From: Candidatus Latescibacterota bacterium
Lineage (GTDB): Bacteria; Latescibacterota; UBA2968; UBA8231
Direction: 5' to 3'
NCBI GenBank assembly: GCA_965242865.1
Contig: CBDETK010000013.1
Location: 2,976,001 to 3,040,000 of the forward strand
DNA: 64,000 nt
Shown: piece after piece, positions 21,341-30,661 of the stretch
How positions within the stretch are numbered: the stretch's first letter is position 1
Layout of the letters: every line of letters begins with the position of its first letter
Made by a program: the position numbers and the translations under genes
The notes under the pieces: model-generated
The model's database searches: none
Told to the model about the DNA's origin: nothing
Seen by the model: only the letters and a program-made list of their open reading frames with translations

Positions 21341-21487
21341 CTCGTCTATTTCATCATCCCCACGGATGCTATCCCTGACCTAATTCCGGTCGCGGGATAT
21401 ACTAACGACCTTGGAGCACTAGGCGCGGCATTAGCGACGGTCGCCGCGTATACGACCCCTTTAGGCACCAGAAAGGCGACTCTATGA
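21335..21487 (+). pseudogene. 5'-truncated DUF1232/YkvA-family membrane protein gene
   Basis: Own translation: [30 protein letters not shown]...*. Its TGA overlaps the NERD gene ATG. Confidence 0.75.
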
Positions 21488-22323
21488 ATAAGGTGGTTCT
21501 ATCTGACTACACGGCCCGTAAAATTATGCAGCTTCGGGTAGGAACGGGCTTCATCATCGCCCTAATAGGGTTAATAGTCCTACCATTAGTCATGTCGTTC
21601 ATACCTCCAAATTCTCCAATCACTGTCAAAGGAGAAGAAGTCGCGGTGGTGGCAATAGTCCTGTCATTCATGTCGTCCATATCTCTATGGTGGAAGGTCC
21701 CTATCATCCTCATATTCCTTTTTTTATGGGGGCGGATTCGAAAAAAAAAGAATATCTGGCTGGCTGGCAAAGAAGGAGAACGCAAGGTTGAGAAGCGTCT
21801 GTCACAAAGGTTGGGGCACAAATGGACGCTGCTCTCCGGTTACAAAAGCCATAAGAACGAGATAGACCATCTTCTCGTCGGGCCGCCCGGCGTCTGCGCG
21901 TTGGAGACAAAGAATCACAACTGCACTGTGTACATCAGGGGAGACGATTGGGAATTCGAGAAGTACGACAGATATGGCAATGTCGTCGAGAACGGAAAGC
22001 TGCGGGATGGCGGTGGACAATCGCCGAGTGCTCAGGTCAACAGAGCGGTGGCATCCCTCGAAAAACATCTGTCTAACATCAAATTGATTAATCGAATCAA
22101 CCGAGCAGTAGTACTAGCGCACGACAAGTCTGAAGTAGCTAGTATCGAGAGGCCAACGGTTGATTGCATAACGACGCTACGGGAGTTAAAGGTTCAGCAC
22201 CTGTTCCCTCGACAGAATAAGCAACTCAATCCCAAGGAGACCGATAGGCTGGTACAGGCTATCAAAAAAAGCCACAAATACCACCAAGAGAAGGGTAAAA
22301 ATCGTAAAAACAAAAAGAAGTAA
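21484..22323 (+). CDS. Membrane-anchored NERD (nuclease-related domain) protein
   Basis: Two N-terminal TM helices; GKEGERKV, EIDHLLVGPPGVCALETKN, SPSAQV; low GC. Confidence 0.85.
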   Translation: MNKVVLSDYTARKIMQLRVGTGFIIALIGLIVLPLVMSFIPPNSPITVKGEEVAVVAIVLSFMSSISLWWKVPIILIFLFLWGRIRKKKNIWLAGKEGERKVEKRLSQRLGHKWTLLSGYKSHKNEIDHLLVGPPGVCALETKNHNCTVYIRGDDWEFEKYDRYGNVVENGKLRDGGGQSPSAQVNRAVASLEKHLSNIKLINRINRAVVLAHDKSEVASIERPTVDCITTLRELKVQHLFPRQNKQLNPKETDRLVQAIKKSHKYHQEKGKNRKNKKK

Positions 22324-22371
22324 GTATGACGGGGTAGGCGAACAGAGAGTGGGCTAGGCAAGGCGAAGAGG

Positions 22372-22545
22372 CTAATGTGAAGAGTCTGTGACTTCTTCCA
22401 AGTACAGCTCGGTAGCCTCTTTGAGGTTTTTCAATGCTTCATCCTCAGTCTTTCCCTGACTAACCGTGCCCACTTGGGGACAGCGAGCGACGAACAAAGG
22501 CAAATCTTCGCTCTTGGTTATTACGGCTGTAAAAAGCGTGGACAC
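22372..22545 (-). CDS. Orphan HicB-family antitoxin (UPF0150), 57 aa, possibly truncated
   Basis: Own translation: VSTLFTAVITK...FVARCPQVGTVSQGKTEDEALKNLKEATELYLEE; AAAGGAG RBS; upstream TTGATA-17-TATCAT. Confidence 0.75.
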   Translation of the reverse strand: MSTLFTAVITKSEDLPLFVARCPQVGTVSQGKTEDEALKNLKEATELYLEEVTDSSH

Positions 22546-22645
22546 AAGTCTCTCCTTTGGAAAGTGTAGTTATGATACTGAACAGACCCAAGTTTATCAA
22601 GTGTTGTTGTATGAAAACACGAGGTCGTCTATGAGCGTCCGACAA

Positions 22646-23284
22646 TTACAGTATCCCATACCGATCAAAAACCTCCCTCGGCGACTGCCCGGCGGCCAGT
22701 TCATCGCGCACGACGTTTTCCCCGGCCAACTTCTCCATGGCCTTTTTTTTGACCTCGCCTTTAATTGCCGCCGGAATTACGGCCACGCCATCGTAGTCGG
22801 CTAGAATAAAGTCGCCCGGGTGAACCTGCACACCGCCGCAGGAGATCGGTTGATTGACCTTTTTGGCGAGGATGCGGCCCGCCGAATCGAGCGGCGAGTA
22901 CCCCTTGCAGAAGCAGTGGTAGCCCATGGCGTTCATCTGGCGCACATCGCGGACCAAGCCATCGGTGAGCACGGACTCGACGCCGCGCGCTTGGGCGGCC
23001 GTGGAGAGGAGCTCGCCCCACAGGCCGGAGCGCACTTCGCCATTGGTGGCAATGACGAACACGTCGCCCGGGCTAGCTTGATCGTAGGCGGCAAAAATTT
23101 GGCCGTAGGGATCGGGGTGCGGGTCGGTATCGGCGTACGCGTCGATGGTGAGGGCCGGGCCAGCGATAAAGGCGTCGGCCCGGCTGGGCCGGATATCCGC
23201 GGTCATGGCCTGATCGCGGTAGCCGAGTTGATCCATGATGTCGGTAGCCAAAGCCGAGTAGATGGGCTTCCATTCGTCGTACAT
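22646..23284 (-). CDS. RraA family protein (HMG aldolase-like)
   Basis: WGELLSTAA, DGLVRD, VHPGDFILADYDGV. Confidence 0.9.
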   Translation of the reverse strand: MYDEWKPIYSALATDIMDQLGYRDQAMTADIRPSRADAFIAGPALTIDAYADTDPHPDPYGQIFAAYDQASPGDVFVIATNGEVRSGLWGELLSTAAQARGVESVLTDGLVRDVRQMNAMGYHCFCKGYSPLDSAGRILAKKVNQPISCGGVQVHPGDFILADYDGVAVIPAAIKGEVKKKAMEKLAGENVVRDELAAGQSPREVFDRYGIL

Positions 23285-23344
23285 TCTTAATCTCCTAGCT
23301 CTCTTAACCTGTCCGTTTCTGGCCTCTCTTGGAGCCGCACAACC

Positions 23345-23590
23345 GCCTCGCGGGGCGCGACGATTGGATTGGTGTCAAGAACGATCCGCACGAGCTTGAG
23401 CTACGGCTTCGTCAGCGAGGGCTTGGGCTTCCTCGGCCGAGAGGGGCTTGTTGCGTTCCCAGATGGAGTCAACAGTCTCCCAAAAGATCGCTTGGCGGAC
23501 CGCACGGGCGACAAAGCGCGATAGGTCGCCCCTTTTCCCACCCGTTCGGGCCAAATAGCTCCGAACATCGCTATGGGTTTTCCAGAATTT
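23345..23590 (-). pseudogene. Remnant of a ribbon-helix-helix antitoxin / PIN toxin pair
   Basis: ...DVRSYLARTGGKRGDLSRFVARAVR...LADEAVAQAR* with no clear start, overlapped by GTG-RIVLDTN (start 23391), which degenerates after about 10 codons. Confidence 0.65.
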
Positions 23591-23603
23591 CACGAGGGCC
23601 TCC

Positions 23604-24437
23604 TTAGCGATCTGGCCATTTGTACGCGATCTTGCTGTTTTGCCAGAAGTACTGCTCGGTCGCGCCCTTTGCGCCAAAGTACGCTTTGACAATGGAGATG
23701 GCGGCCTTGAAACGCCCCGCTCGGTCGCTGACGGGCCAGTTGCTGCCGTAGATCACCCGGTTTTGGCCAAAGGCGTCCCACATTGCGTCGAGAATCGGGC
23801 GGTAAAAGTCCAGCTCTTCCGGCACCGGCTCTACCCTGCTTTGCTCCATGATCGCCGAGACCTTCATAAAGACTTGCGCCTGCTCGGCCGCTTGAGCCAT
23901 GGCGTCCAACCACACCGGGTCGGGATCGCCGCCATCGGTCCCGACCCCGCCGCAGTGATTGATGACGATGCGGAGTTCGGGCAAGCGTCGGGCCAGTTCG
24001 GCCACTTGGGCCAAGTCCGCTGGCCCCACCAGCGCGTCGAGCGTCAAGTCTCGCACCACGAGGTGCTCCATGTCGGCGAGCAAAGACCCGGCCTCCAAGT
24101 CGGCAAAATACCCGCCGCCGCAGCGAATGCCGCGAAAGAGCGCGTTTTCCGCCAAGCGGTCGATGTCGCCTTTGAAAGCCTCGCGGTTGGGATCGACGTG
24201 GCCCACCAGCCCGACGATCCAAGGATCGGCCGCGGCCAAATCCAAAATCCACTGATTGTCCGCCAGCCACGCACTAGCTTCCACCACCACCGTCCCGGTC
24301 ACTCCTTCGGGCGCGGCCAAGGCGCGATGGTGCTCGGGCAATACCGTGCGGTAGAGCAACTCATTGTCGGCCGGCGGCCAAGGCACGCCTTCCGGCCGCG
24401 TGGGATCGTAGAAGTGGGTATGGGTGTCGATGATCAC
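23604..24437 (-). CDS. Amidohydrolase family protein (Amidohydro_2, lactonase-like)
   Basis: IIDTHTHF, VINH, YGSNWPV. Confidence 0.88.
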   Translation of the reverse strand: MIIDTHTHFYDPTRPEGVPWPPADNELLYRTVLPEHHRALAAPEGVTGTVVVEASAWLADNQWILDLAAADPWIVGLVGHVDPNREAFKGDIDRLAENALFRGIRCGGGYFADLEAGSLLADMEHLVVRDLTLDALVGPADLAQVAELARRLPELRIVINHCGGVGTDGGDPDPVWLDAMAQAAEQAQVFMKVSAIMEQSRVEPVPEELDFYRPILDAMWDAFGQNRVIYGSNWPVSDRAGRFKAAISIVKAYFGAKGATEQYFWQNSKIAYKWPDR

Positions 24438-25483
24438 GATAGGCTCCTTTCCTCCATAGTGGTTTCGATGAGGGTTGCAAAAGTCTCCACGTCTTCGGGT
24501 TGGGTGTCAAAGGAGGTCATCCAGCGCACCTCGCCGCGCGTGGCATTCCAAGGGTAAAAGAAAAATTCCCGTTGCAAAGTGGGGATCACTTCCATCGGCA
24601 ATCGGGCGAAGACTGCGTTGGCCTGCACGGGGTAAATCACCTCTACCCCGCGAATGGGTCGCACTCGCTCGGCCAGCACCTGCGCCATGGCATTGGCGTG
24701 CTGGGCATTCCGCCGCCACAGATCGTCGGTCAGCAGGGCCGTAAACTGCGCGGCGATAAAGCGCATCTTAGACGCGAGCTGCATTCCCTGCTTGCGCGCC
24801 CGGCGATAGTGCGCGGCTAGCTCAGGCGCGAAAAAGACCACGGCTTCCCCCAGCATCAGGCCGTTCTTGGTGCCGCCAAACGACAGCACATCAACGCCGC
24901 AATCCCCGGTGATTTCCCGCAGCTCCAGCCCCAAGCTCACGGCTGCGTTGGCAATCCGCGCCCCATCGACGTGCAAGAGCAACCCGTGCTCGTGGGCGCA
25001 ATCGGCCAAGGCGCGAATCTCGCTGGGCGCGTACACAGTGCCCAACTCGGTCGCCTGTGTAATCGACACCACGCGGGGGCGCACTTGGTGCTCATCGCCA
25101 CGAGCCGCAATGTGTGCGGCGATTCCCTCGGGCGCGATCTTGCCGTCGGGTGCGGGCGCGGTCAGGAGCTTGACGCCGGCCACCTGTTCGGGGGCACCGC
25201 ATTCGTCGATGTGAAGATGCGCGGTGTCCGAGCAGATCACCGCGTCGTAAAAGCGCGTGAGTGCGGCGAGGGCCGTAACATTGGCCCCGGTGCCGTTGAA
25301 CGCAAAGAAAACCTCTACCTCCGATCCCAACACCCCGCGCACCAGCGCGACAGCTTCAGCCGTGTGGGGATCGTCCCCATAAGAATGCACGTGTCCCGCG
25401 TTGACCCGATGTAAGGCCGCCATGACTTCGGGATGAACTCCGGCGTGATTGTCGCTGCCAAAGCCGCGAATGCGCTCACCCAT
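24434..25483 (-). CDS. ltaE: Low-specificity L-threonine aldolase
   Basis: FGSDN, YGDD, NGTGAN, HVDGARIAN, SFGGTKNG, SKMRF. Confidence 0.9.
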   Translation of the reverse strand: MGERIRGFGSDNHAGVHPEVMAALHRVNAGHVHSYGDDPHTAEAVALVRGVLGSEVEVFFAFNGTGANVTALAALTRFYDAVICSDTAHLHIDECGAPEQVAGVKLLTAPAPDGKIAPEGIAAHIAARGDEHQVRPRVVSITQATELGTVYAPSEIRALADCAHEHGLLLHVDGARIANAAVSLGLELREITGDCGVDVLSFGGTKNGLMLGEAVVFFAPELAAHYRRARKQGMQLASKMRFIAAQFTALLTDDLWRRNAQHANAMAQVLAERVRPIRGVEVIYPVQANAVFARLPMEVIPTLQREFFFYPWNATRGEVRWMTSFDTQPEDVETFATLIETTMEERSLS

Positions 25484-25555
25484 TATGGCCCATGCCTTTC
25501 TCGGTCTTGTGCCTTCATGTAGATGCTGCGTAATGGACGCCTGCCAGATTGCATT

Positions 25556-25683
25556 CTAATCCGTCGGAAACGACAGCGGCATGGTCGGTGCTTGGTCCTG
25601 TCGCCGAGTGCGCGGCTCAATTTTCATCGCGTGGTATTCCTCGACAAATTCGGCCAAGTTTCGGCTCGCCTCCTCAAAGACGA
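25556..25683 (-). repeat. Duplicate of the creatininase-family gene 3' end (26761-26888)
   Basis: 126/128 identity; both differences are synonymous (GCA/GCG, GCG/GCC). Confidence 0.92.
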
Positions 25684-25936
25684 AGTTCCGTCAGTAGAGA
25701 GATAGACTCAAGGAATCCAATTTGTACTCGTGTTATCCGATCCAGAAATTCGCTCGCCGTCATACCTTGAAAATAAAAGAGACCCTCTTCCCGTCCACTT
25801 TGGCTTGAAAGTACACATCTATCTTGTTGTACTGAGGGCTAGGACAGGTCACGGCGCTCACGTCGCACAGCCCATTGTAGCGAGTATGACAAACGACCCG
25901 TAAGCTACCTGTCCGATCTAAATGCCGATATTGTCT

Positions 25937-26548
25937 TTACCTACGGGATCGCCGGAAACGGCGTTTCTTGGCTGGAGCCTTGAGCAGTTCCGGGTCTATA
26001 GGCGGGTCGGCCGGCGTCCTCTCCTGCTGCGGCAGATAATCGGCGTGTTTTTCCCTAAACTCAATGTCGGTCATCGTGCCTTTGGCTAGGTTGCAACTTT
26101 TACAAGCCAACTGGCAGTTTCGGATATGGTCCGGGCCGCCGCGGGTCTTTGGAATCATGTGCTCAACGTCGAGTTTGTCGTACTGGTACTCGTTGCCGCA
26201 GTAAACGCACTTACCTTGCTGGGTGTGGAACAACTGGCGTTTGTCCCGTGCCTTATGGTCATCTTCCAGCAAAGCGTCACGTTCGGCGAAGGTGTCGGCT
26301 CTGCCTGGGTCGTACTTACGGATTTCCTGCTTGTCTTCCGCTTGTTTCGATTTTTTCCTGCGTACCGCTTTGGCTTTCTTGTTGCACTCAATGCAGAGGG
26401 GGTATCTTATATCTTTAAATACCCCACACTGGGAACACTCATCAATAACGCCTTCCTGCAATCCCTCCCAGTGCTCACGGCATAAGTAGTGGTTTCTTCG
26501 TATTTTCTCAGTGCAGGATTGCTCTTTACAGATGTTCGGTGCTGGCAT
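25937..26548 (-). CDS. HNH endonuclease with Cys-rich N-terminus
   Basis: CVYCG...VEHMIPKTRGGPDHIRNCQLACKSCNLAKG; lower GC. Confidence 0.9.
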   Translation of the reverse strand: MPAPNICKEQSCTEKIRRNHYLCREHWEGLQEGVIDECSQCGVFKDIRYPLCIECNKKAKAVRRKKSKQAEDKQEIRKYDPGRADTFAERDALLEDDHKARDKRQLFHTQQGKCVYCGNEYQYDKLDVEHMIPKTRGGPDHIRNCQLACKSCNLAKGTMTDIEFREKHADYLPQQERTPADPPIDPELLKAPAKKRRFRRSRR

Positions 26549-26760
26549 GGTTGTCCTTTGATTTTGGGCTAAGTCGTCAGCCTGCTACCGGCAGAAAATA
26601 TCGAATGATAAAGGGCTTGCCAAGTACATAGGGAAGCCCTCCACGAGCCAAGGTGCTACCCGGTGGCAAGAACGTGCGAGGCTGATCAGCGGAAGAGACA
26701 TCGGGCACTAGCCAAGTCCTGTTGGAGGTCTTCCTCGGTCAGATTGAATTAAACGCGACC

Positions 26761-27624
26761 CTAATCCGTCGGAAACGACAGCGGCATGGTCGGCGCTTGG
26801 TCCTGTCGCCGAGTGCGCGGCTCAATTTTCATCGCGTGGTATTCCTCGACAAATTCGGCCAAGTTTCGGCTGGCCTCCTCAAAGACGATTTTGCCCTTCT
26901 CGGCCGTGGCCTTCTCGGCCTCGCCCATCACCCCGCTATCCGAATACTGACTCGTCCATTCGATCAAGCCCATCGGCCCGTGCCCGAACAGATCGGTGTA
27001 CACAAACTTAGAGCCGAGTTGGTTCGTCTTGGCGATCTCGCTCTTGATCTTGTCTTGGCGCACACTCTCTGGCGCGAGATACAACATCATTGAGGTCTCC
27101 AACTCGCCCGCATGCGAACAGCCGCCCGGATACACGCTCTCGCGCCACTTTTCGTCAAAGCCGGGATGGACCCGGAGCAAATGCCACCACGAGCAAAACG
27201 TGCAGCTCGCGTCGGTCTCGACGATGGTGCGCCGAGCGACCATGTCCACGAGGTTGTGGTTGGAGCCGTGGCCATTGACGAGAATAATCTTCTTAAAGCC
27301 GTGATAGGCCAAGCTCTTGGTGATGTCGAGCACGTATTGGACGAAGTGCTCGTGGTGAATGTTGAGCGACCCCGGGAAGTCCATCACGTGGTGGACGTAC
27401 CCGTAGCTCACCGGCGGCAGGACGAGGGCCAGCTCGGGCCGCAAACGAGCGGCTTCGGTCGCCACCGCGTTGGCACAGAGGTGATCCACCTTGAGCGGGA
27501 GGTGGTGGCCGTGTTGTTCAACCGACCCAGTGGGGATGATGGGGATTTTGCCCATAGCCACGGCTTGGTTGACTTCGGGCCAAGTCAGCTCGTCGAACTT
27601 GTACATTTTGGCTACGTCGGACAT
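26761..27624 (-). CDS. Creatininase/creatinine amidohydrolase family protein
   Basis: GSVEQHGHHLPLKVD, VNGHGSN, HAGELETS; AAAGGAG RBS before ATG 27624. Confidence 0.92.
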   Translation of the reverse strand: MSDVAKMYKFDELTWPEVNQAVAMGKIPIIPTGSVEQHGHHLPLKVDHLCANAVATEAARLRPELALVLPPVSYGYVHHVMDFPGSLNIHHEHFVQYVLDITKSLAYHGFKKIILVNGHGSNHNLVDMVARRTIVETDASCTFCSWWHLLRVHPGFDEKWRESVYPGGCSHAGELETSMMLYLAPESVRQDKIKSEIAKTNQLGSKFVYTDLFGHGPMGLIEWTSQYSDSGVMGEAEKATAEKGKIVFEEASRNLAEFVEEYHAMKIEPRTRRQDQAPTMPLSFPTD

Positions 27625-27670
27625 GAGAGCTCCTTTCCGGCGAAAGCAGGAATCGAGTGAGGGCCTTTTC

Positions 27671-28309
27671 TCAAGGCAGGTCGAGCGTCTTGTGGATGCG
27701 GGTGGAGAGGCGCCAGCGCGGATGGCGGCGGAGTATTGCCAGAGCCTTCTGCACGTAGCGCGGCTCAGAGGATTCGGGCTGCAAATAGACGTAGTCGGCG
27801 CGGTGCTCCTCAACGCGCTCCTCGCGGAAAGCCCGGCCGACGACGTACTTGAGCTCGGTAATGCGTGCAAAACCAGCGACGACCGGGTAGCACTTAGGCG
27901 ACACGGTCCAATGGTCAATCCGCTCGAACAACACCGGGTCGGGCGCGATAGTGCCGTTGGTCTCGATGTGGAGCTTGTAGCCCGCTTCTTTGAGCCGCCC
28001 GGCCAGCACCGCGAGGTTTTGGCCCAAAGGCTCGCCGCCGGTCAAGCACACCCAGTCGGCCGGATGGTGCGCCACCTCGGCGGCAATGTCCTCGATGTCC
28101 ATAGCCGTGAAGCGGTCGAACTCGGTGTCGCAGAACGGGCAGCGCAGGTTGCAGCGCGCCAAGCGCACAAAGGTGGTAGGCTCGCCCACGCGCAGCCCCT
28201 CGCCCTCAATCGAGTAGAATATGTCGTTGACCTGCAGGACGCGCCCGGAGTCGCTCCATACCGGCAGGCGATCGACGCGCTCTTCGGCCGGCTCCGACGG
28301 GCTGGTCAC
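27671..28309 (-). CDS. queE: 7-carboxy-7-deazaguanine synthase
   Basis: IFYSIEGEG, CNLRCPFCDT, LTGGEP, IETNG, TVSPK; GTGA overlap with queC. Confidence 0.92.
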   Translation of the reverse strand: MTSPSEPAEERVDRLPVWSDSGRVLQVNDIFYSIEGEGLRVGEPTTFVRLARCNLRCPFCDTEFDRFTAMDIEDIAAEVAHHPADWVCLTGGEPLGQNLAVLAGRLKEAGYKLHIETNGTIAPDPVLFERIDHWTVSPKCYPVVAGFARITELKYVVGRAFREERVEEHRADYVYLQPESSEPRYVQKALAILRRHPRWRLSTRIHKTLDLP

Positions 28310-28980
28310 GGCGTCTGCTCGTACGCCAAGGGATCGCCGGCTCGGTTGGCCGCAAAAGCCGCTCGTCGCTCGCAGCAGGCGTCGCACGCGCCACAGGCCG
28401 GCCGCACACCCTCATAGCAGGAGTGGGTTTCCTCGTAGGGAACGCCGAGCTGGAGCCCGATGGCAACGATGTCTCGCTTCCACAGCTTGACAAAGGGCGT
28501 GTGGATCGTCCACGGCGCGTCGTGGGCCGCTCCCAAGCGCAGGCTCTGTTCGAGGCTGTCGAAAAAGGGGCGACGGCAGTCGCGGTAGGCCGCGTAGTCG
28601 TCTTTGACCGGCGCCATATACAGATCGACAATGCCTTGGGTGGCACAATAGGCGGCCGCGAGCGTGGCAAAGAGCATGTTGCGGAAGGGAACAATGGTGT
28701 CGCGTTGGCGTTTGGACTCAGCGGAGGGCACGTCCAGCGCGGGGTCGGTCAGGGGATTGCCGCCGAGGGCCGCCAAGTCCAAGGCGAGCGTCTCGTGGGA
28801 CGCAACCTCGGCGCGGCGGGCGAGGCGGGTGGCGCATTCGAGCTCGACGCGGTGGCGCTGGTCATAGTCAATGCTAATGGCGTGGATGGGGCCTTGTTGC
28901 CGCGCCTTGAGCCACCAGAGCAAGGTGGTCGAGTCCATGCCGCCGCTGAATAAAATGGCTGTCGTCGTCATAGTCGTCAT
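28306..28980 (-). CDS. queC: 7-cyano-7-deazaguanine synthase
   Basis: SGGMDSTT, VPFRN, YRDCR, SCY...CGACDAC. Confidence 0.95.
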   Translation of the reverse strand: MTTMTTTAILFSGGMDSTTLLWWLKARQQGPIHAISIDYDQRHRVELECATRLARRAEVASHETLALDLAALGGNPLTDPALDVPSAESKRQRDTIVPFRNMLFATLAAAYCATQGIVDLYMAPVKDDYAAYRDCRRPFFDSLEQSLRLGAAHDAPWTIHTPFVKLWKRDIVAIGLQLGVPYEETHSCYEGVRPACGACDACCERRAAFAANRAGDPLAYEQTP

Positions 28981-29102
28981 AAGGATAAAATAGGCCCCCG
29001 CGCAAAAAGCGTAAGCCCTGCGCAAGGCGCGTACCTGTATTGACAGTAATTTGGCCCGGTTGGATATTCAAAAAATGCCAATGTATATGGATAAATCGCG
29101 CC

Positions 29103-29759
29103 ATGAGTGAGACGCCCCCGCGCCAAAGCCCGACTCGGCTACAGCGGCTTAGGCGCACGATAGTAGCCGGTCTGACGATCATCGCGCCCCTGTGGGTCAC
29201 CGGCTGGGTGCTCAAGACCCTGTTCAACTGGGCCGACGGCTTCTCCGCGCCGTTGATTCACCAACTGGCCAAGTCGTTGGGCGATCCCGAATTCCACATT
29301 CCCGGCTTGGGCTTTGTGCTGACCTTTGTCATTCTCTGGGTCGTCGGCGCGTTCGCCGCCAACGTGGTTGGTCGCAGCCTGTTGCAATACGCACGCGAAG
29401 CCTTAGAGGGCCTGCCGTTGGTGCGCACGATCTACGCGCCCGTGCAGCATCTCATGGAGTCGCTGACCTCCCCGGGCAAGGCCGGCTTCGAAAAAGTCGT
29501 GCTGGTCGAATATCCGCGCACCGGGCTGTGGACCTTGGGCTTTTTGGCCGGCGACGTCCCCCGCGAGGCCGAAGCAGTGCCCGCGCACAGCATCTTCGTT
29601 CCCACCGCGCCCAATCCCACGACCGGCTTTATGCTCATCGTGCCGCCCGAACAATTGCGACCGACCGAACTCGGCGTCGAAGAGGCCCTCAAGATGATCG
29701 TCTCGGCCGGCGTCGTCGTGCCCCCGGCCCTTTCCCTGCCTGCTGAAGAGGACGGCTAA
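29103..29759 (+). CDS. DUF502 membrane protein
   Basis: LPLVRTIY, VVLVEYPRTG, FVPTAPNPTTGF; TTGACA-17-GATATT upstream at 29040. Confidence 0.9.
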   Translation: MSETPPRQSPTRLQRLRRTIVAGLTIIAPLWVTGWVLKTLFNWADGFSAPLIHQLAKSLGDPEFHIPGLGFVLTFVILWVVGAFAANVVGRSLLQYAREALEGLPLVRTIYAPVQHLMESLTSPGKAGFEKVVLVEYPRTGLWTLGFLAGDVPREAEAVPAHSIFVPTAPNPTTGFMLIVPPEQLRPTELGVEEALKMIVSAGVVVPPALSLPAEEDG

Positions 29760-29867
29760 GTCCTTTTCTTGCAATGGTCAAGTGCTTTCGTTATGCTCGC
29801 TGAGAAACTTAGAGCGTCCCTTGCGCGTCCCAATAAAAAGCCCTTCGCATATTGAGGAGATGATGCG

Positions 29868-30542
29868 ATGTTATCGTTTCTTTTTAGTCCGTTTTTCATT
29901 CTGCCGATCATCTTGGTCGGCTGGGCCCAGATGCGGGTCCGCAGAGCCTTCAACAAGTACAGCCAAGTGGCCTCGGCCTCGCGCCTTTCGGGTGCGGAGA
30001 CCGCGCGGCGCATCCTGCAACAGCAAGGCATATACGATGTGTCAGTCGAGGAGACCGGCGGGATGCTTTCCGATCACTACGATCCCCGCGCCAAAGCCGT
30101 GCGCCTCTCTTCGGACAACTTCCACGGGCATCATCTAGCCGGCTTGGCCGTGGCCGCGCACGAGGTCGGCCACGCAATTCAACACGCCCGCGGCTACCTG
30201 CCGCTCAACCTGCGCCACGCGATCCTGCCGGTCGCCAACTTGGGCTCAACGCTGGGCTTTCCCCTGATTATGGCGGGGATGTTCTTCGGGGCCGCCGGCC
30301 TAATGAATATCGGCATCCTGTTCTTCGCCGGCGCGGTGCTGTTCCAAATCGTCACCCTGCCGGTAGAGTTCAACGCGAGCTCGCGGGCCATGGCGATTCT
30401 CTCGCAGGGCTACCTAGCCAACGACGAGGTGCGCTCGGCCCGCAAGGTGCTCAACGCCGCCGCCATGACTTACGTCGCAACGGCCGCCACCGCTCTGCTC
30501 CAGCTAGCGTCCATGTTGCTCATGCGCGGCTCAGACGAGTAG
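29868..30542 (+). CDS. Neutral zinc metallopeptidase (YugP-like)
   Basis: LSDHYDP, AAHEVGHAIQ, TLPVEFNASSRA, AAAMTYV. Confidence 0.92.
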   Translation: MLSFLFSPFFILPIILVGWAQMRVRRAFNKYSQVASASRLSGAETARRILQQQGIYDVSVEETGGMLSDHYDPRAKAVRLSSDNFHGHHLAGLAVAAHEVGHAIQHARGYLPLNLRHAILPVANLGSTLGFPLIMAGMFFGAAGLMNIGILFFAGAVLFQIVTLPVEFNASSRAMAILSQGYLANDEVRSARKVLNAAAMTYVATAATALLQLASMLLMRGSDE

Positions 30543-30567
30543 CAGCCGGCGCGGCAAGCCAAGTCCG

Positions 30568-30598
30568 AGGCCCCTCCCCTTGTGGGTAGGGGCCTTTT
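30568..30598 (+). terminator. Intrinsic terminator
   Basis: AGGCCCCT...AGGGGCCT followed by TTT. Confidence 0.7.
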
Positions 30599-30661
30599 GC
30601 TTGTGGGCCACTCACCGCGTTTCGCTATATTAGTTCCACCTTATCACAGGAGGGTGCGAGC

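Noticed and set aside
28981-29102. preQ1 riboswitch upstream of queC
   Set aside because: No recognisable preQ1 aptamer; the short region looks like a divergent promoter.
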